64,000 bases of DNA, taken from assembly GCA_051252135.1 (NCBI GenBank), contig JBPOGH010000003.1:160001-224000 (forward strand), read 5' to 3'. This document shows positions 48,650-59,088 of the stretch, piece after piece. Origin of the DNA: Verrucomicrobiaceae bacterium (GTDB taxonomy: Bacteria > Verrucomicrobiota > Verrucomicrobiia > Verrucomicrobiales > Akkermansiaceae). A program made the position numbers and the translations under genes. Below the pieces are notes generated by a model. The model was given only the letters and a program-made list of their open reading frames with translations, had not been told where the DNA came from and did no database searches. Position 1 is the first letter of the stretch; each line of letters starts with the position of its first letter.

Positions 48650-49792
48650 ATGTCTGCAACTTTGACCGCCCCCGCTCCCGAAGCATTTGAGGCCCTCGCA
48701 TGGCCGGCCCGCACGGATGAAAACTGGCGCTTTGGTTCCTGGAAGGAAGCAAACCTCGACGGCCTCGAACTCGTAGGATCCGGATCCGCCGCTGAACTTC
48801 CCGCCGGGCTGGAAGGGTTCTCCCGCCTCGTTTTCCAAAATGGTGAACTCGTTTCCGGAGACTGCGCGCAAGCTAAGATCGTATCGGAATCCTTCGGGCC
48901 CAAGTCACGCCTCGGCTCTGCCAAGCTCGCCGCTCTCCACACCGCGAAAGGAAATCACGGAGTCCGCATCTCAGCCAACGATGACCTCTCCCTCGAAATC
49001 ATCCACTTCGTCTCCGGCCAAGGCCTCCTTCTCCCCAGCCTCGTCATCGACGCCGAAAACGGAGCCAGGGTCCGCGTGATCGAACGCTTCATCTCGGCAG
49101 ACGATTCCGCCACCACCGTCCTCAGTGCCGCTGATGTGAATCTCGGCGAAAAAGCGGAAGTAACCTACCTCGTCACCCAGGAACTCAACCCTCAAAGCAA
49201 GCTCATCCGCCTCGCCGACTCCTGCCTCCAGGGACTCGCCAAGGCCAAGCTCGCCGTCATCCACACCGGGGCCAAGTGGGTTCGCGAAGAAACCTACTCC
49301 ACCGTCGATGGCACCGATGCCCGCTCGGAAATCCTTTCCGTCGCCCTGCCCACCACCGGTCAGGAATACGACCAACGCACCTTCCAGCACCACGGTGCCC
49401 GCGACACCTACTCCGATCTCCTTTTCAAAAACACCCTCTTCGGCAAAGCAAAGACCATCTTCTCCGGCCTCATCTTTGTCGATGAAGGAGCCCACGGCAC
49501 CGACGCCTATCAAACCTGCCGGAATCTCATGATGACCGACGACTGCGAGGCCAACTCCATGCCCGGTCTGGAGATCAATGCCGACGACGTCAAATGCTCC
49601 CACGGCAGCACCAGCGCCCGCGTCAGCGACGAGGAAATTTTCTACCTCCAGGCCCGCGGCATCGATGCCAAGTCCGCCCGCAATTTGGTCGCCAAAGGCT
49701 TTTCCGTCGAAGCAATCGAAAAGCTCGAAGACGAACAACTCGAAGCCCTCGCCCTCGAAGTGGTCGAGCGAAAGTTCGCCGCCATCGATTAA
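48650..49792 (+). CDS. sufD: Fe-S cluster assembly protein SufD
   Basis: DENWRF, PGLEINADDVKCSHG, FYLQARGI; likely ATG 48650. Confidence 0.95.
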   Translation: MSATLTAPAPEAFEALAWPARTDENWRFGSWKEANLDGLELVGSGSAAELPAGLEGFSRLVFQNGELVSGDCAQAKIVSESFGPKSRLGSAKLAALHTAKGNHGVRISANDDLSLEIIHFVSGQGLLLPSLVIDAENGARVRVIERFISADDSATTVLSAADVNLGEKAEVTYLVTQELNPQSKLIRLADSCLQGLAKAKLAVIHTGAKWVREETYSTVDGTDARSEILSVALPTTGQEYDQRTFQHHGARDTYSDLLFKNTLFGKAKTIFSGLIFVDEGAHGTDAYQTCRNLMMTDDCEANSMPGLEINADDVKCSHGSTSARVSDEEIFYLQARGIDAKSARNLVAKGFSVEAIEKLEDEQLEALALEVVERKFAAID

Positions 49793-49797
49793 GTGAC

Positions 49798-50307
49798 CTA
49801 GTCAGATTGCCGGGCGAGAAAGTCGTCCCAGTCCTTGCCTTTGACGTTCTCAACGGACCCGTTCGTCATGATCACTTCCCGGGACTCATCGTCCGTCCGG
49901 CGCCCATTGTGATCGAGAGGGATTTTATCCCAGGCCAAAGCCCGTCCCTCGTTCGACGAAAGCCCCTCCACATAATGCCAGGAACTGTGCTCCGGTAAAA
50001 GGTAGCCGTGTTCCTCAAAAAACTCCCGCGCCTCACCCAGGTCACCCGCCTTCCCCACCACCAACTCAAGATACTCGGGAGAAGCCACAAGCAGTTCGGA
50101 CAACCCCAGCGCGTTTTCATTCCCTGACACCGGAAACCGCCCATCATGCGTATTGGCAAAGTGCCGCAGCTCCATTGCCAACACCTTGCTGCACCGATGC
50201 GTGCTGCCGTAAGGATACTCGTAGCGATAATAGCCATATCCGATGGCAAGAACACCAGCCAAACCCAGTAAGAGCCCGAACCAAGTTCCCTTTCTCATCG
50301 CGTTCAT
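49798..50307 (-). CDS. Hypothetical membrane-anchored protein
   Basis: 169 aa, N-terminal TM, ends in an H-x-G...V..NG.V motif reminiscent of PVC pilin-like tails. Confidence 0.65.
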   Translation of the reverse strand: MNAMRKGTWFGLLLGLAGVLAIGYGYYRYEYPYGSTHRCSKVLAMELRHFANTHDGRFPVSGNENALGLSELLVASPEYLELVVGKAGDLGEAREFFEEHGYLLPEHSSWHYVEGLSSNEGRALAWDKIPLDHNGRRTDDESREVIMTNGSVENVKGKDWDDFLARQSD

Positions 50308-50375
50308 ATATTACCCGTCGCGCGATCAAAAAGAAGGACCGTTTGCGATTTCCGTTTCCTGATCTATCTTCTTAA

Positions 50376-50561
50376 GTGAACGATTTAAAAGTCAGGGAGA
50401 TTGTCATTCCGGCGGGAACACATTGGATGTGCACCTGCGGGAAATCAGTCAACTATCCCTACTGCGATGGAACCCATAAAAAAACAGGAGGCGCCCCCAG
50501 GAAACTGGTCCTGGAAGCACCGATCCCGGTTCCCGCCCGCCCCCCCTCCGATGACTTGTAG
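50376..50561 (+). CDS. CDGSH iron-sulfur domain protein
   Basis: CTCGKSVNYPYCDGTH matches the CDGSH 2Fe-2S motif; GTG start. Confidence 0.85.
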   Translation: MNDLKVREIVIPAGTHWMCTCGKSVNYPYCDGTHKKTGGAPRKLVLEAPIPVPARPPSDDL

Positions 50562-50585
50562 AAGAGAGCTACGGTTGCTAAACAA

Positions 50586-52883
50586 TCACTCAACATCCTC
50601 CCGCTGCTTCACCACGCCGCGGAAATAGTTGTCGGTTTGGGTCACTGTCTTCCCGTTGGGCAGGCACCATTCCCGCGTGACCGTGTAAACAACGTAAGTC
50701 TTCTGACCGGGTTCCACATCGGGCATGTTCACGATGAAATCGTGAAAGCGGGTCGAGCTATCGGGATCCTGTTCCGCCGCTCCTGCCTTGAACTCTTTTT
50801 CCGTCGAACCATCGAGAAAGGTCAGCGACTGGTCCACCCACTCACCCTCGCCCTCCTCGGCATCAGGATCAGTTGAAGGAACCCAGGTCCACGCGGTGGC
50901 CGTCACAATCGTCTTCTTCATCTGACCATGAATCTTGCCCGAATGAATCGCCTGAAACTGATCCACCCCCTCATCAATCAGGGTGAACTTGTCCAGTTTG
51001 CTGGCTTCATCATAAAGCGCACAAACCGCCTTGTTGTAGGCCCTCTTGGCCTCTTCGATTTCTCCCGCCTGCAAATGCACCCGGATCGCGTTGATGATAA
51101 GCATGATGGAATTCAGCCCCCGGTTCACTTGCTTGAAGGTCCCATCCACAAAGCTCTTCCCGATGACATGGGTAAGCAGCCGCTCCCAAAGCCCGTTCGC
51201 CCCCTCGGAGGCGAGTTTAAGCAGGAGGGTTTTCAAAATGATGCTTCCCCCACCGGCCGCCTGGTTTGCACCACTCGTTGAATTCAACGCATTCCGGATG
51301 TCGCGGATCACTTTGTCACAGATAATCGCATCAAAGGCATCCCGGTCGTCGGCCGAAAATTCCTTGGTCTCGGGATCCTGCAATGCACAAAGCTCTTCGA
51401 GATGCTTCACGAGATTGTCGTGGAGCTGCTGAATCTCGTCCTTCTGCGCATTGTTCAGCTTCTCATTGTAGGTCATTTCCCACCACAGAAGGTAACGCAG
51501 GTATTCAATCGCATGCTTGATCATCTCCATCGCCTCCACCTCATCGGTCTCGGGAAGCCCACCCTTTCTCCCTTCCATCAGGGATCGAATCACTTTCTGG
51601 AATTCGGAGCCGTAGTTTCTCTGATAGTGAATCTTGGCAAATTCATAGATCAGTTCCACCGTCCGCAGTTCCTTGATAAGGGCATTGCGTTCCTGATCAT
51701 TCTGCGCCGCTTTGAGAAGCCGTCCCGTCCGCTCGACCGTATTAAAAAACGGAGCCAGCGCGTTCTCGGGGCAATCTTCTTTGGCCGCTTGGGCATTGGA
51801 ACGACCCATGCGGTTCCCAAAGAATCCGTCTCCATTGTTGTCACCTGGAACCACTTTTCCAAACTGCTTCGGAGCCGGTTGCCCGTTTTGTGGCACTGGA
51901 AAAGGAATCCAATATTGGCCGGGAAATTCTTCGAACGGAAAAAGTCCCGGAGGGCAGAGCCAGCTCTCTGCAGTGAGGTCCTGTGAAAAAAGCCCTTTGT
52001 ATTCCATTCCCGGAGGTCCTTCCCAGACGAGAATAGGCTGCGGCAATGGATTTCCGGGACCGGGGGGAAGAATCTGGGGAGGGCTAAAAAAGGCGTTCCC
52101 CAATGGATCAAGCGGATCGGGAGGAAGCACGAAATCGATGATCAGAATGGGAGAAACAAAAGGATCGTCGGTCAGCAGAAAGGGCTCCGTGAGCTTAAAA
52201 AATGGCTCTTGCTCCGGTAGACTCCGCACCCCCATTTCCCCCACGGGAATGTGGAAGGGCAAACCTTCGTTGAATTGATTGAGATCACGAAAATTGGGTC
52301 CCCTTAGAACATTGGGAGGACCAGAAGGGAGCTCAATGAGAAGCCCGTTGTTAGCATCAGGATCATCCACCCACGCCTGCACAATAGGTTGAATATCCAG
52401 AAATGACGGAGGGAGCGGGAGAGGCTCCATCAAGAAGGGAAACCCTTCGTCCGGAAACGAAACTCCATCCCCCGCAATCGGCCCGCAATCATCCCAGGTC
52501 ACCGTATGAGGATCCCAGGGGAAAAGAAGTTCGGCCACCCGGATGTCACCACCCGTGGTATCAAAGGGGAGAATCAGCTGGGCATCGGTGATGATCGCCC
52601 CGGGAGGAATCTGCCAAACCCCGGGCCCCACAATATGATCAAAATGAAGGAGAATCTGGGTCTGGTCCCCTCCACCAGGGGGAAGGAGCGGCATCAGGGG
52701 CGGCGCCCCATCATCCCCGAAGTTGGTCGTCGGATTCGCTTGATCAAGGAGGGCATGGTGCAGGTCTTCATAAACAAGCTCCATCGAATAGCCGTTACGG
52801 CGAATTTCCGCGCCCTCTTGGAGGACGAGTGTTTGGTCGGCGAGACAGCTCCCGACGATGAGGAATGATACAAGTGTCTTCAT
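50586..52883 (-). CDS. Secreted multidomain protein with N-terminal DNRLRE-like domain and large helical C-terminal region
   Basis: Signal peptide; QANPTTNFG, LLHFD..IPPGAIITDAQL, VQAWVDDPDANNGLLI; Pro-rich linker; charged helical C-half. Confidence 0.75.
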   Translation of the reverse strand: MKTLVSFLIVGSCLADQTLVLQEGAEIRRNGYSMELVYEDLHHALLDQANPTTNFGDDGAPPLMPLLPPGGGDQTQILLHFDHIVGPGVWQIPPGAIITDAQLILPFDTTGGDIRVAELLFPWDPHTVTWDDCGPIAGDGVSFPDEGFPFLMEPLPLPPSFLDIQPIVQAWVDDPDANNGLLIELPSGPPNVLRGPNFRDLNQFNEGLPFHIPVGEMGVRSLPEQEPFFKLTEPFLLTDDPFVSPILIIDFVLPPDPLDPLGNAFFSPPQILPPGPGNPLPQPILVWEGPPGMEYKGLFSQDLTAESWLCPPGLFPFEEFPGQYWIPFPVPQNGQPAPKQFGKVVPGDNNGDGFFGNRMGRSNAQAAKEDCPENALAPFFNTVERTGRLLKAAQNDQERNALIKELRTVELIYEFAKIHYQRNYGSEFQKVIRSLMEGRKGGLPETDEVEAMEMIKHAIEYLRYLLWWEMTYNEKLNNAQKDEIQQLHDNLVKHLEELCALQDPETKEFSADDRDAFDAIICDKVIRDIRNALNSTSGANQAAGGGSIILKTLLLKLASEGANGLWERLLTHVIGKSFVDGTFKQVNRGLNSIMLIINAIRVHLQAGEIEEAKRAYNKAVCALYDEASKLDKFTLIDEGVDQFQAIHSGKIHGQMKKTIVTATAWTWVPSTDPDAEEGEGEWVDQSLTFLDGSTEKEFKAGAAEQDPDSSTRFHDFIVNMPDVEPGQKTYVVYTVTREWCLPNGKTVTQTDNYFRGVVKQREDVE

Positions 52884-53047
52884 GGCATTGAGGTAGGGGG
52901 AGTCCCGGGGACTCGTTCTTCTGCCTCCTCAATCGCACTCCACAGGGAGCAATGTCATAAATCCCCGAAATGTTCACCCCACCCCCGGTGCTCGCCCCCC
53001 TTTCAGCGGCACCAACCCGTCCACCGGGCTCCGGAAATGCCCCGTGA

Positions 53048-53944
53048 TCAATCCTTCCGCAAGGTTGCCAACCACACATCGAGATTCTTTGTCCACCCGG
53101 TAGCCGCATCCCGGCCCTTCTGCCCATAGCCATGCCCCCCGCTCGGGAACACCTGACCCGTAACCGGAATTCCCAACTCGGCGCAACGCGCGGCATAGTC
53201 CATCGCGTTCTTCAAGGGAACAGCCCGGTCATCCGACGAGTGAACAAAATAAAGCGGCGGACATTCTTTGGTCAGCCGATTGGTCGTATTGAATTTGGCC
53301 GCCTCTTCATCTGAAACATCCTTACCAAGAAGGTTTCTCTGCGAACCGCCGTGGCCATACTTGGTGCCCATCGCAATCACCGGGTAACCCAGAATCTGAA
53401 AGTCCGGACGACAACTCAACGCATCAATGGCATCACCAGTTTCCGCTTCAAACTTGTCGTTAAACATCGTGGCACAGCAAGAGGCCAAATGCCCCCCCGC
53501 CGAAAACCCCATGATGCCAATCTTGTTTGGATCAACCTTCCACTCTTCGGCATGAGCGCGGGCAGTCCGAATCGCACGGCGGGCATCGAGAAGAGGAACA
53601 GGAAACCGGTAGCCAAGCTCCTCCTTCCCCACACGATACTTCACCACCACAATGGTGATGTCTTGCGAAAGACCCCAGGCCGCAATGTCAGTCCCTTCGT
53701 TTTCCCCGGAAACAATCCCATACCCTCCTCCGGGAAGCACCACGATGCACTGGCCATTCGGTTCCTCGGGCTGGTACAGCATGTATTGCGGAACCTCGAT
53801 GTTTCGGTAACGAAGGCCCTCTCCGGTCTCCTCCGTTCCTGCCGGAGGGCGCGGTGCTCCGGGAGCATCCCCTGACCACAACGGCTTCCACTCTTGGGCA
53901 AACAAAGACGAAGACAGGGCCAGAATCAGCGGTAAAAATTTCAT
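53048..53944 (-). CDS. Secreted alpha/beta hydrolase (acetylesterase-like)
   Basis: PGGGY, GFSAGGHL, RPDFQILGYPVI, GGHGYG. Confidence 0.92.
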   Translation of the reverse strand: MKFLPLILALSSSLFAQEWKPLWSGDAPGAPRPPAGTEETGEGLRYRNIEVPQYMLYQPEEPNGQCIVVLPGGGYGIVSGENEGTDIAAWGLSQDITIVVVKYRVGKEELGYRFPVPLLDARRAIRTARAHAEEWKVDPNKIGIMGFSAGGHLASCCATMFNDKFEAETGDAIDALSCRPDFQILGYPVIAMGTKYGHGGSQRNLLGKDVSDEEAAKFNTTNRLTKECPPLYFVHSSDDRAVPLKNAMDYAARCAELGIPVTGQVFPSGGHGYGQKGRDAATGWTKNLDVWLATLRKD

Positions 53945-54067
53945 CTCTGCAGGCTAGCGTTCCCTTTCTTCGGGAGAAGTCAGAAAATAACAAAACGGGG
54001 CCGGGGGGGAAACCATCCCACTATCTTGCAAGAAATCACCGGCTCACGAAGTTACCATAAAGTGGTT

Positions 54068-55723
54068 ATGAAGCTCGCCCTTGTCATTCTCCTCCAAACA
54101 ACCGTCTGGATCAGCGCCGCCCCATCAACAATCTGGGTGGAAGGTGAATCCTCTGCCGATCAGACGATCCAGAAGAACGGTTGGTACTCCAGCGTCAAAA
54201 AGGACGAACTTTCCGACGGGGGACTTCTCGCCCATTGGGGTGACCGGCCGGGGCAGGCGCAATACAAGGTCACCATCCCCGGGACCGGCACATACACCCT
54301 GTGGCTTCGCGCAAACACGGTGGGCTCAAAAATTGAAATCCGTTTTGACGGAGACCGGTGGAAAGAAATCAATCCAAAGGGAAACAGTCACGAAAACATC
54401 AATATTGCCTCAGACAACAAGCCCGACCTCCGCTTCCTTTCCTGGATCAATGCCGGCACCACCAACTTGAAAGCCGGAGTGTCCGGTTTATCCGTCCGCT
54501 TCACTTCGGATAACCACAACCATGGCATGCTCGACTGCTTCTGTCTCACCACCGATCCATCATGGAAACCTTCCCGCACCCTGAAACCCGGTGAAAAACC
54601 ACCCCATTGGCCGACTCCACGGATCGATGACTCCAACCTCCAACACTGGATTCAATTCGTCCGTCCGGCACCGGAAGAACTGGGATGGCGGCAAATCCGC
54701 TGGCACAGCAGCCTGTCGGAGGCCGCCAAGGAAGCCGAACAATTGCAGCGCCCCATTCTCCTCTGGGCCATGAATGGCCACCCCTGCGGCGAAACCTGAA
54801 ACAACGGCGTCATCGGACGCCGTGAGATCTGGTCAGATCGCCAAATTCAAAACATTGCCTCGGAGTTCGTCTGCGTCATCGAAGAAACCTTTTTCCTCTA
54901 TCCCCCCGAATGGATGAAAAACCCACCCAATCCCGCGGCCACCAACCTCTTCAAAACATACGTCTCCCAGGCCCCGGAAGGAACTTTCCCACGAGAAACC
55001 TCAACCTATCAGGGACTCTACTGCATGATGCCAGACGGAAGCTACCTTTCCGGAAAATTTGCACGACAGTCAAACGCCGTTGCCCGGGACACCTTAAACA
55101 ATGGCCTGGAGAAGTGGTCACAAATCACCCGTAAAAACCGCTTAAAACCCAAGTCCGTTCCATCCAACCCCCTGGCCATTTATGGCGGAAAAGAGCTGAC
55201 CAAAGGAGGCCTCAAACTCGAGGTGGCATACCGAGATCTCCCACGTGCCCACATCGAGCGCCCCGGGGACGCCCAATTCCCCAACCCCTACAATCTGGGA
55301 TGGTACGACTTCACCCCCGCCGAGGCCAAAAGCTTCCTGACCACCGGCAAAGAAAAGGCGGCAATCCCCGACGCCATTTTCACAAAACTCGCACGCACCC
55401 ACCTGAAGGATGCCGTCCGCGGCCAAATGAACGATTGGGAAATAGGCTCCACCAAAAACGGCAAGCTCTTCACCCGACTCATCGAAAATAAGGACGGCCT
55501 GCAAACTTTTGAACTCTCGGGATCCGCCGAAATGGCCGCCAATGGGCGCACCTTCTCACCAACATTGCATGGCACCGCCACCTACAATACCAGACTCGGA
55601 GAGTTCACCGATTTCCGGCTCCTCGCCCTTGGTCAACGAAGCGGCAAGGGCCCGGCCAACGGTCGGTCAACCGACCCCGGACCGGCTCCCATGGCCGTGG
55701 CCTTTTCTCTCTATCAGCCTTAG
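54068..55723 (+). CDS. Secreted CBM-like plus thioredoxin-like protein with in-frame UGA at 54797-54799 (candidate selenoprotein, 551 aa)
   Basis: ORFs 54026-54799 and 54914-55723 share a frame and are joined by 38 open codons after the [29 protein letters not shown]. Confidence 0.72.
54804..54839 (+). promoter_or_regulatory. Candidate SECIS-like structure
   Basis: ACGGCGTC-ATCG-GACGCCGT (54804-54823) then GATCT-GGTC-AGATC (54826-54839) immediately 3' of the UGA. Confidence 0.5.
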
Positions 55724-58700
55724 AGGCCGTGATACTCCTGAACGGAGGTCACCGTCAGCTCCTGAGTCTGCAGGGAACGAATCGCTTTCACACTCGCTTC
55801 CGCCGCACTGAGATTGGTGCAATGACTGATCTTGTGCTGCACCGCACCGGAGCGAATCTTGACCTCGTCCTCGCGGGCTTCGTGACCGCTTGGCGTGTTG
55901 ATGATGAAATCAATGTCTCCATTTTTCATCATATCAATCACGTTCGGACGCTTCTGCTCGGCCAACTTATAAAGCCGGCTCACCGTGATCCCCTCCGCCT
56001 TGAGGCGCTTATAGGTTCCTCCGGTGGCATGAATCTTAAAGCCCAGATCAGCAAGGTCCCGGGCAACCGGAACCGCACGATCCTTATCGCGATCATTCAC
56101 CGAGAAAAAGACGTTCCCTTGGGTGGGAAGAGGATTAAAGGCACTGATCTGCGATTTGGCATAAGCCATCCCGAGATCCTTGTCGGCTCCCATCACCTCT
56201 CCGGTCGATTTCATCTCAGGCCCCAACACGATGTCGATCCCTGGGAATCGTCCCCAGGGAAAGACCGCTTCCTTCACGCAGAAATGCCCCGGCAAAACTT
56301 CCTCGGTGAAGCCCAGATCGACCAATTTTTCACCCACCATGATCTTGGCGGCGAGCTTCGCAAGAGGCACCCCGATCGACTTCGAAACAAACGGCACCGT
56401 CCGCGAAGCCCGCGGGTTCACCTCGATCACGTAAAGCTCATCATCCTTCACCGCGAACTGAATGTTCATCAAGCCCTTCACTTCCAGCTCCTTCGCAAGC
56501 GCTTTGGCCCCGGCCAAAATCTCAGCCAGAATCTTCTCACTCAAGCTGAAGCTCGGAATCACACAAGCCGAGTCACCCGAGTGAATCCCCGCTTGCTCAA
56601 TGTGCTCCATGATCGCTCCCACCACGCTCGTCTCGCCATCGGAAATACAATCCACATCCACTTCCGTGGCGTTCTCCAAAAAGCGGTCCACCAGAATCGG
56701 ACGATCCGGCGCCACATCCGCAGCATTCCGGATATAATGTCGAAGCTCGTCATCGTTGTAGACAATCATCATCCCACGACCACCCAACACAAACGAGGGG
56801 CGCACCAGCACCGGATAGCCGATGCGATCCGCAATCGCCACCGCTTCATCTTCCGAAACCGCCGTTCCCGCTTCCGCTTGCTTGAGCCCAATCCGGTCCA
56901 GCAATGCGGAGAAATGCTTCCGGTCTTCCGCCAGTTCAATCGACTTCGGTGACGTCCCGATAATCGGCACCCCGTGGCGCTCCAGGTCGGCGGCGAGATT
57001 CAGCGGAGTCTGCCCGCCGAACTGCACAATCACCCCGTCCGGCTTCTCCTGATCACAAATATTCAACACGTCCTCCAACGTGAGCGGCTCAAAGTACAGC
57101 TTGTCCGAGGTGTCATAATCCGTCGACACCGTCTCGGGATTCGAGTTCACCATCACCGACTCATAACCCAATTCGCGGAGCGCAAACGACGCGTGCACAC
57201 AGCAGTAATCAAACTCAATCCCCTGACCAATCCGGTTCGGTCCTCCGCCCAAAATCACGATCTTTTTCTGATCCGTCTCGCGAGCTTCGTTCTCATCCCC
57301 GTAGGTCGAGTAGTAATAGGGCGTCGCCGCCTCAAATTCCGCCGCACAGGTATCCACCAGGCGATACGTCGGAATAATTCCCGCCGCCTTCCGCTCCGCC
57401 CGCACCTCATCTTCGGAGATTCCCCGGGCATGCCCAATCTGCCGATCCGAGAAGCCCAGCTTCTTCGCCCGGCGCAAATCGAGGTTCGCCAGATCATTCC
57501 CCTCTTCCACAATCACCCGCATGTTCTCCAGGAACCACGGATCAATCTGGGTCGCGTCAAAAATCTCCTCAATCGTCCAGCCCTGCTCAAACGCCACCTT
57601 CAACCAGAATATCCGCTCCGCATTCGGCACATGCAGCTTCCGCTCCACATCCTCCCGTGTCGCCACCGGATCCTTCCCGTCAAAACCAAACCCAAATCGA
57701 CCCGTCTCCAGCGACCGCAACGCCTTCTGCAACGACTCCTTAAAGGTCCGTCCAATCGACATCGCCTCGCCCACCGCCTTCATCGATGTCGTCAGCACCG
57801 GATCCGCCGTCGGGAATTTCTCAAAAGTAAACCGTGGCACCTTGGTCACCACATAATCAATCGTCGGCTCAAAGGACGCCGGAGTCTCCCGCGTAATGTC
57901 ATTCGGCAGCTCATCCAGCGTGTAGCCCACCGCCAGCTTCGCCGCGATCTTCGCAATCGGGAATCCCGTCGCCTTGGATGCCAGCGCCGAAGAACGACTC
58001 ACCCGCGGGTTCATCTCAATCACAATGCAACGCCCCGTCTTGGGATCGACCGAAAACTGAATATTGGACCCCCCCGTCTCCACCCCGATCTCACGAATCA
58101 CCGCAAAGGACGCATCCCGCATAATTTGATATTCGCGATCCGAAAGCGTCTGCGCCGGAGCCACCGTGATCGAGTCGCCCGTATGCACTCCCATCGGATC
58201 AAGGTTCTCAATTGAACAAATCACCACGCAGTTGTCCGCATGGTCCCGCATCACCTCCATTTCATATTCCTTCCAACCCAAAAGGCACTCTTCCACGAGC
58301 ACTTCCGTCGTCGGCGAAAGGTCGAGACCACGGGTCACGATCGTCTCAAATTCCTCCTTGTTGTAGGCGATTCCCCCTCCGGTGCCTCCCAGCGTAAATG
58401 CCGGCCGAATCACCAAAGGCATCGTCCCAATATCCTTCGCAATCGCCTTGGCCTCCTCCATCGAGTGCGCCACTCCCGAGATCGGCAAATCCAGCCCGAT
58501 CTTGATCATCGCATCCTTGAATCGCTGACGATTCTCCCCCTTGTCAATCGCGTCCGCATTCGCACCGATCATCCGCACCCCATACTTATCAAGGGTTCCC
58601 GATTCAAAAAGCTCCATCGACACATTCAGCGCCGTCTGACCCCCAAGCGTTGGCAACAGCGCATCAGGCTTTTCCTTGATAATGATTTTTTCGATCACCT

Positions 58701-58914
58701 CAGGCGTAATCGGCTCAATATAAGTCCGTTCCGCAAATTCCGGGTCGGTCATGATCGTCGCCGGATTGGAGTTCACCAAAATGACCTCGTATCCCTCTTC
58801 CCGTAACGCCTTGCACGCTTGGGTCCCTGAGTAATCAAACTCACAACCTTGTCCAATTACGATTGGGCCGGCTCCGACCACGAGTATTTTTTTGATGCTG
58901 GTGTCCTTCGGCAT
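55720..58914 (-). CDS. carB: Carbamoyl-phosphate synthase large subunit
   Basis: [17 protein letters not shown], duplicated ATP-grasp halves, [20 protein letters not shown] domain; 1064 aa. Confidence 0.98.
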   Translation of the reverse strand: MPKDTSIKKILVVGAGPIVIGQGCEFDYSGTQACKALREEGYEVILVNSNPATIMTDPEFAERTYIEPITPEVIEKIIIKEKPDALLPTLGGQTALNVSMELFESGTLDKYGVRMIGANADAIDKGENRQRFKDAMIKIGLDLPISGVAHSMEEAKAIAKDIGTMPLVIRPAFTLGGTGGGIAYNKEEFETIVTRGLDLSPTTEVLVEECLLGWKEYEMEVMRDHADNCVVICSIENLDPMGVHTGDSITVAPAQTLSDREYQIMRDASFAVIREIGVETGGSNIQFSVDPKTGRCIVIEMNPRVSRSSALASKATGFPIAKIAAKLAVGYTLDELPNDITRETPASFEPTIDYVVTKVPRFTFEKFPTADPVLTTSMKAVGEAMSIGRTFKESLQKALRSLETGRFGFGFDGKDPVATREDVERKLHVPNAERIFWLKVAFEQGWTIEEIFDATQIDPWFLENMRVIVEEGNDLANLDLRRAKKLGFSDRQIGHARGISEDEVRAERKAAGIIPTYRLVDTCAAEFEAATPYYYSTYGDENEARETDQKKIVILGGGPNRIGQGIEFDYCCVHASFALRELGYESVMVNSNPETVSTDYDTSDKLYFEPLTLEDVLNICDQEKPDGVIVQFGGQTPLNLAADLERHGVPIIGTSPKSIELAEDRKHFSALLDRIGLKQAEAGTAVSEDEAVAIADRIGYPVLVRPSFVLGGRGMMIVYNDDELRHYIRNAADVAPDRPILVDRFLENATEVDVDCISDGETSVVGAIMEHIEQAGIHSGDSACVIPSFSLSEKILAEILAGAKALAKELEVKGLMNIQFAVKDDELYVIEVNPRASRTVPFVSKSIGVPLAKLAAKIMVGEKLVDLGFTEEVLPGHFCVKEAVFPWGRFPGIDIVLGPEMKSTGEVMGADKDLGMAYAKSQISAFNPLPTQGNVFFSVNDRDKDRAVPVARDLADLGFKIHATGGTYKRLKAEGITVSRLYKLAEQKRPNVIDMMKNGDIDFIINTPSGHEAREDEVKIRSGAVQHKISHCTNLSAAEASVKAIRSLQTQELTVTSVQEYHGL

Positions 58915-59088
58915 AAGGTCTGTCTAAAACTTCGTGTATCTGACAAGACCACCCCATTTTGTAAAGCGTCATCGGCCTTTCTCTCCGATCCTTCGCTTAT
59001 ATTAAACGAAACACCCCAAAAAGCAGCCCAAACGCTCTGGGGAAATGTCCCAATTTCCCTTCATTCGCAGCCTTCACGATTCGCCCGA

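Noticed and set aside
55720..55723. 4-bp overlap of convergent stop codons (also 37873-37876)
   Set aside because: Common in compact bacterial genomes
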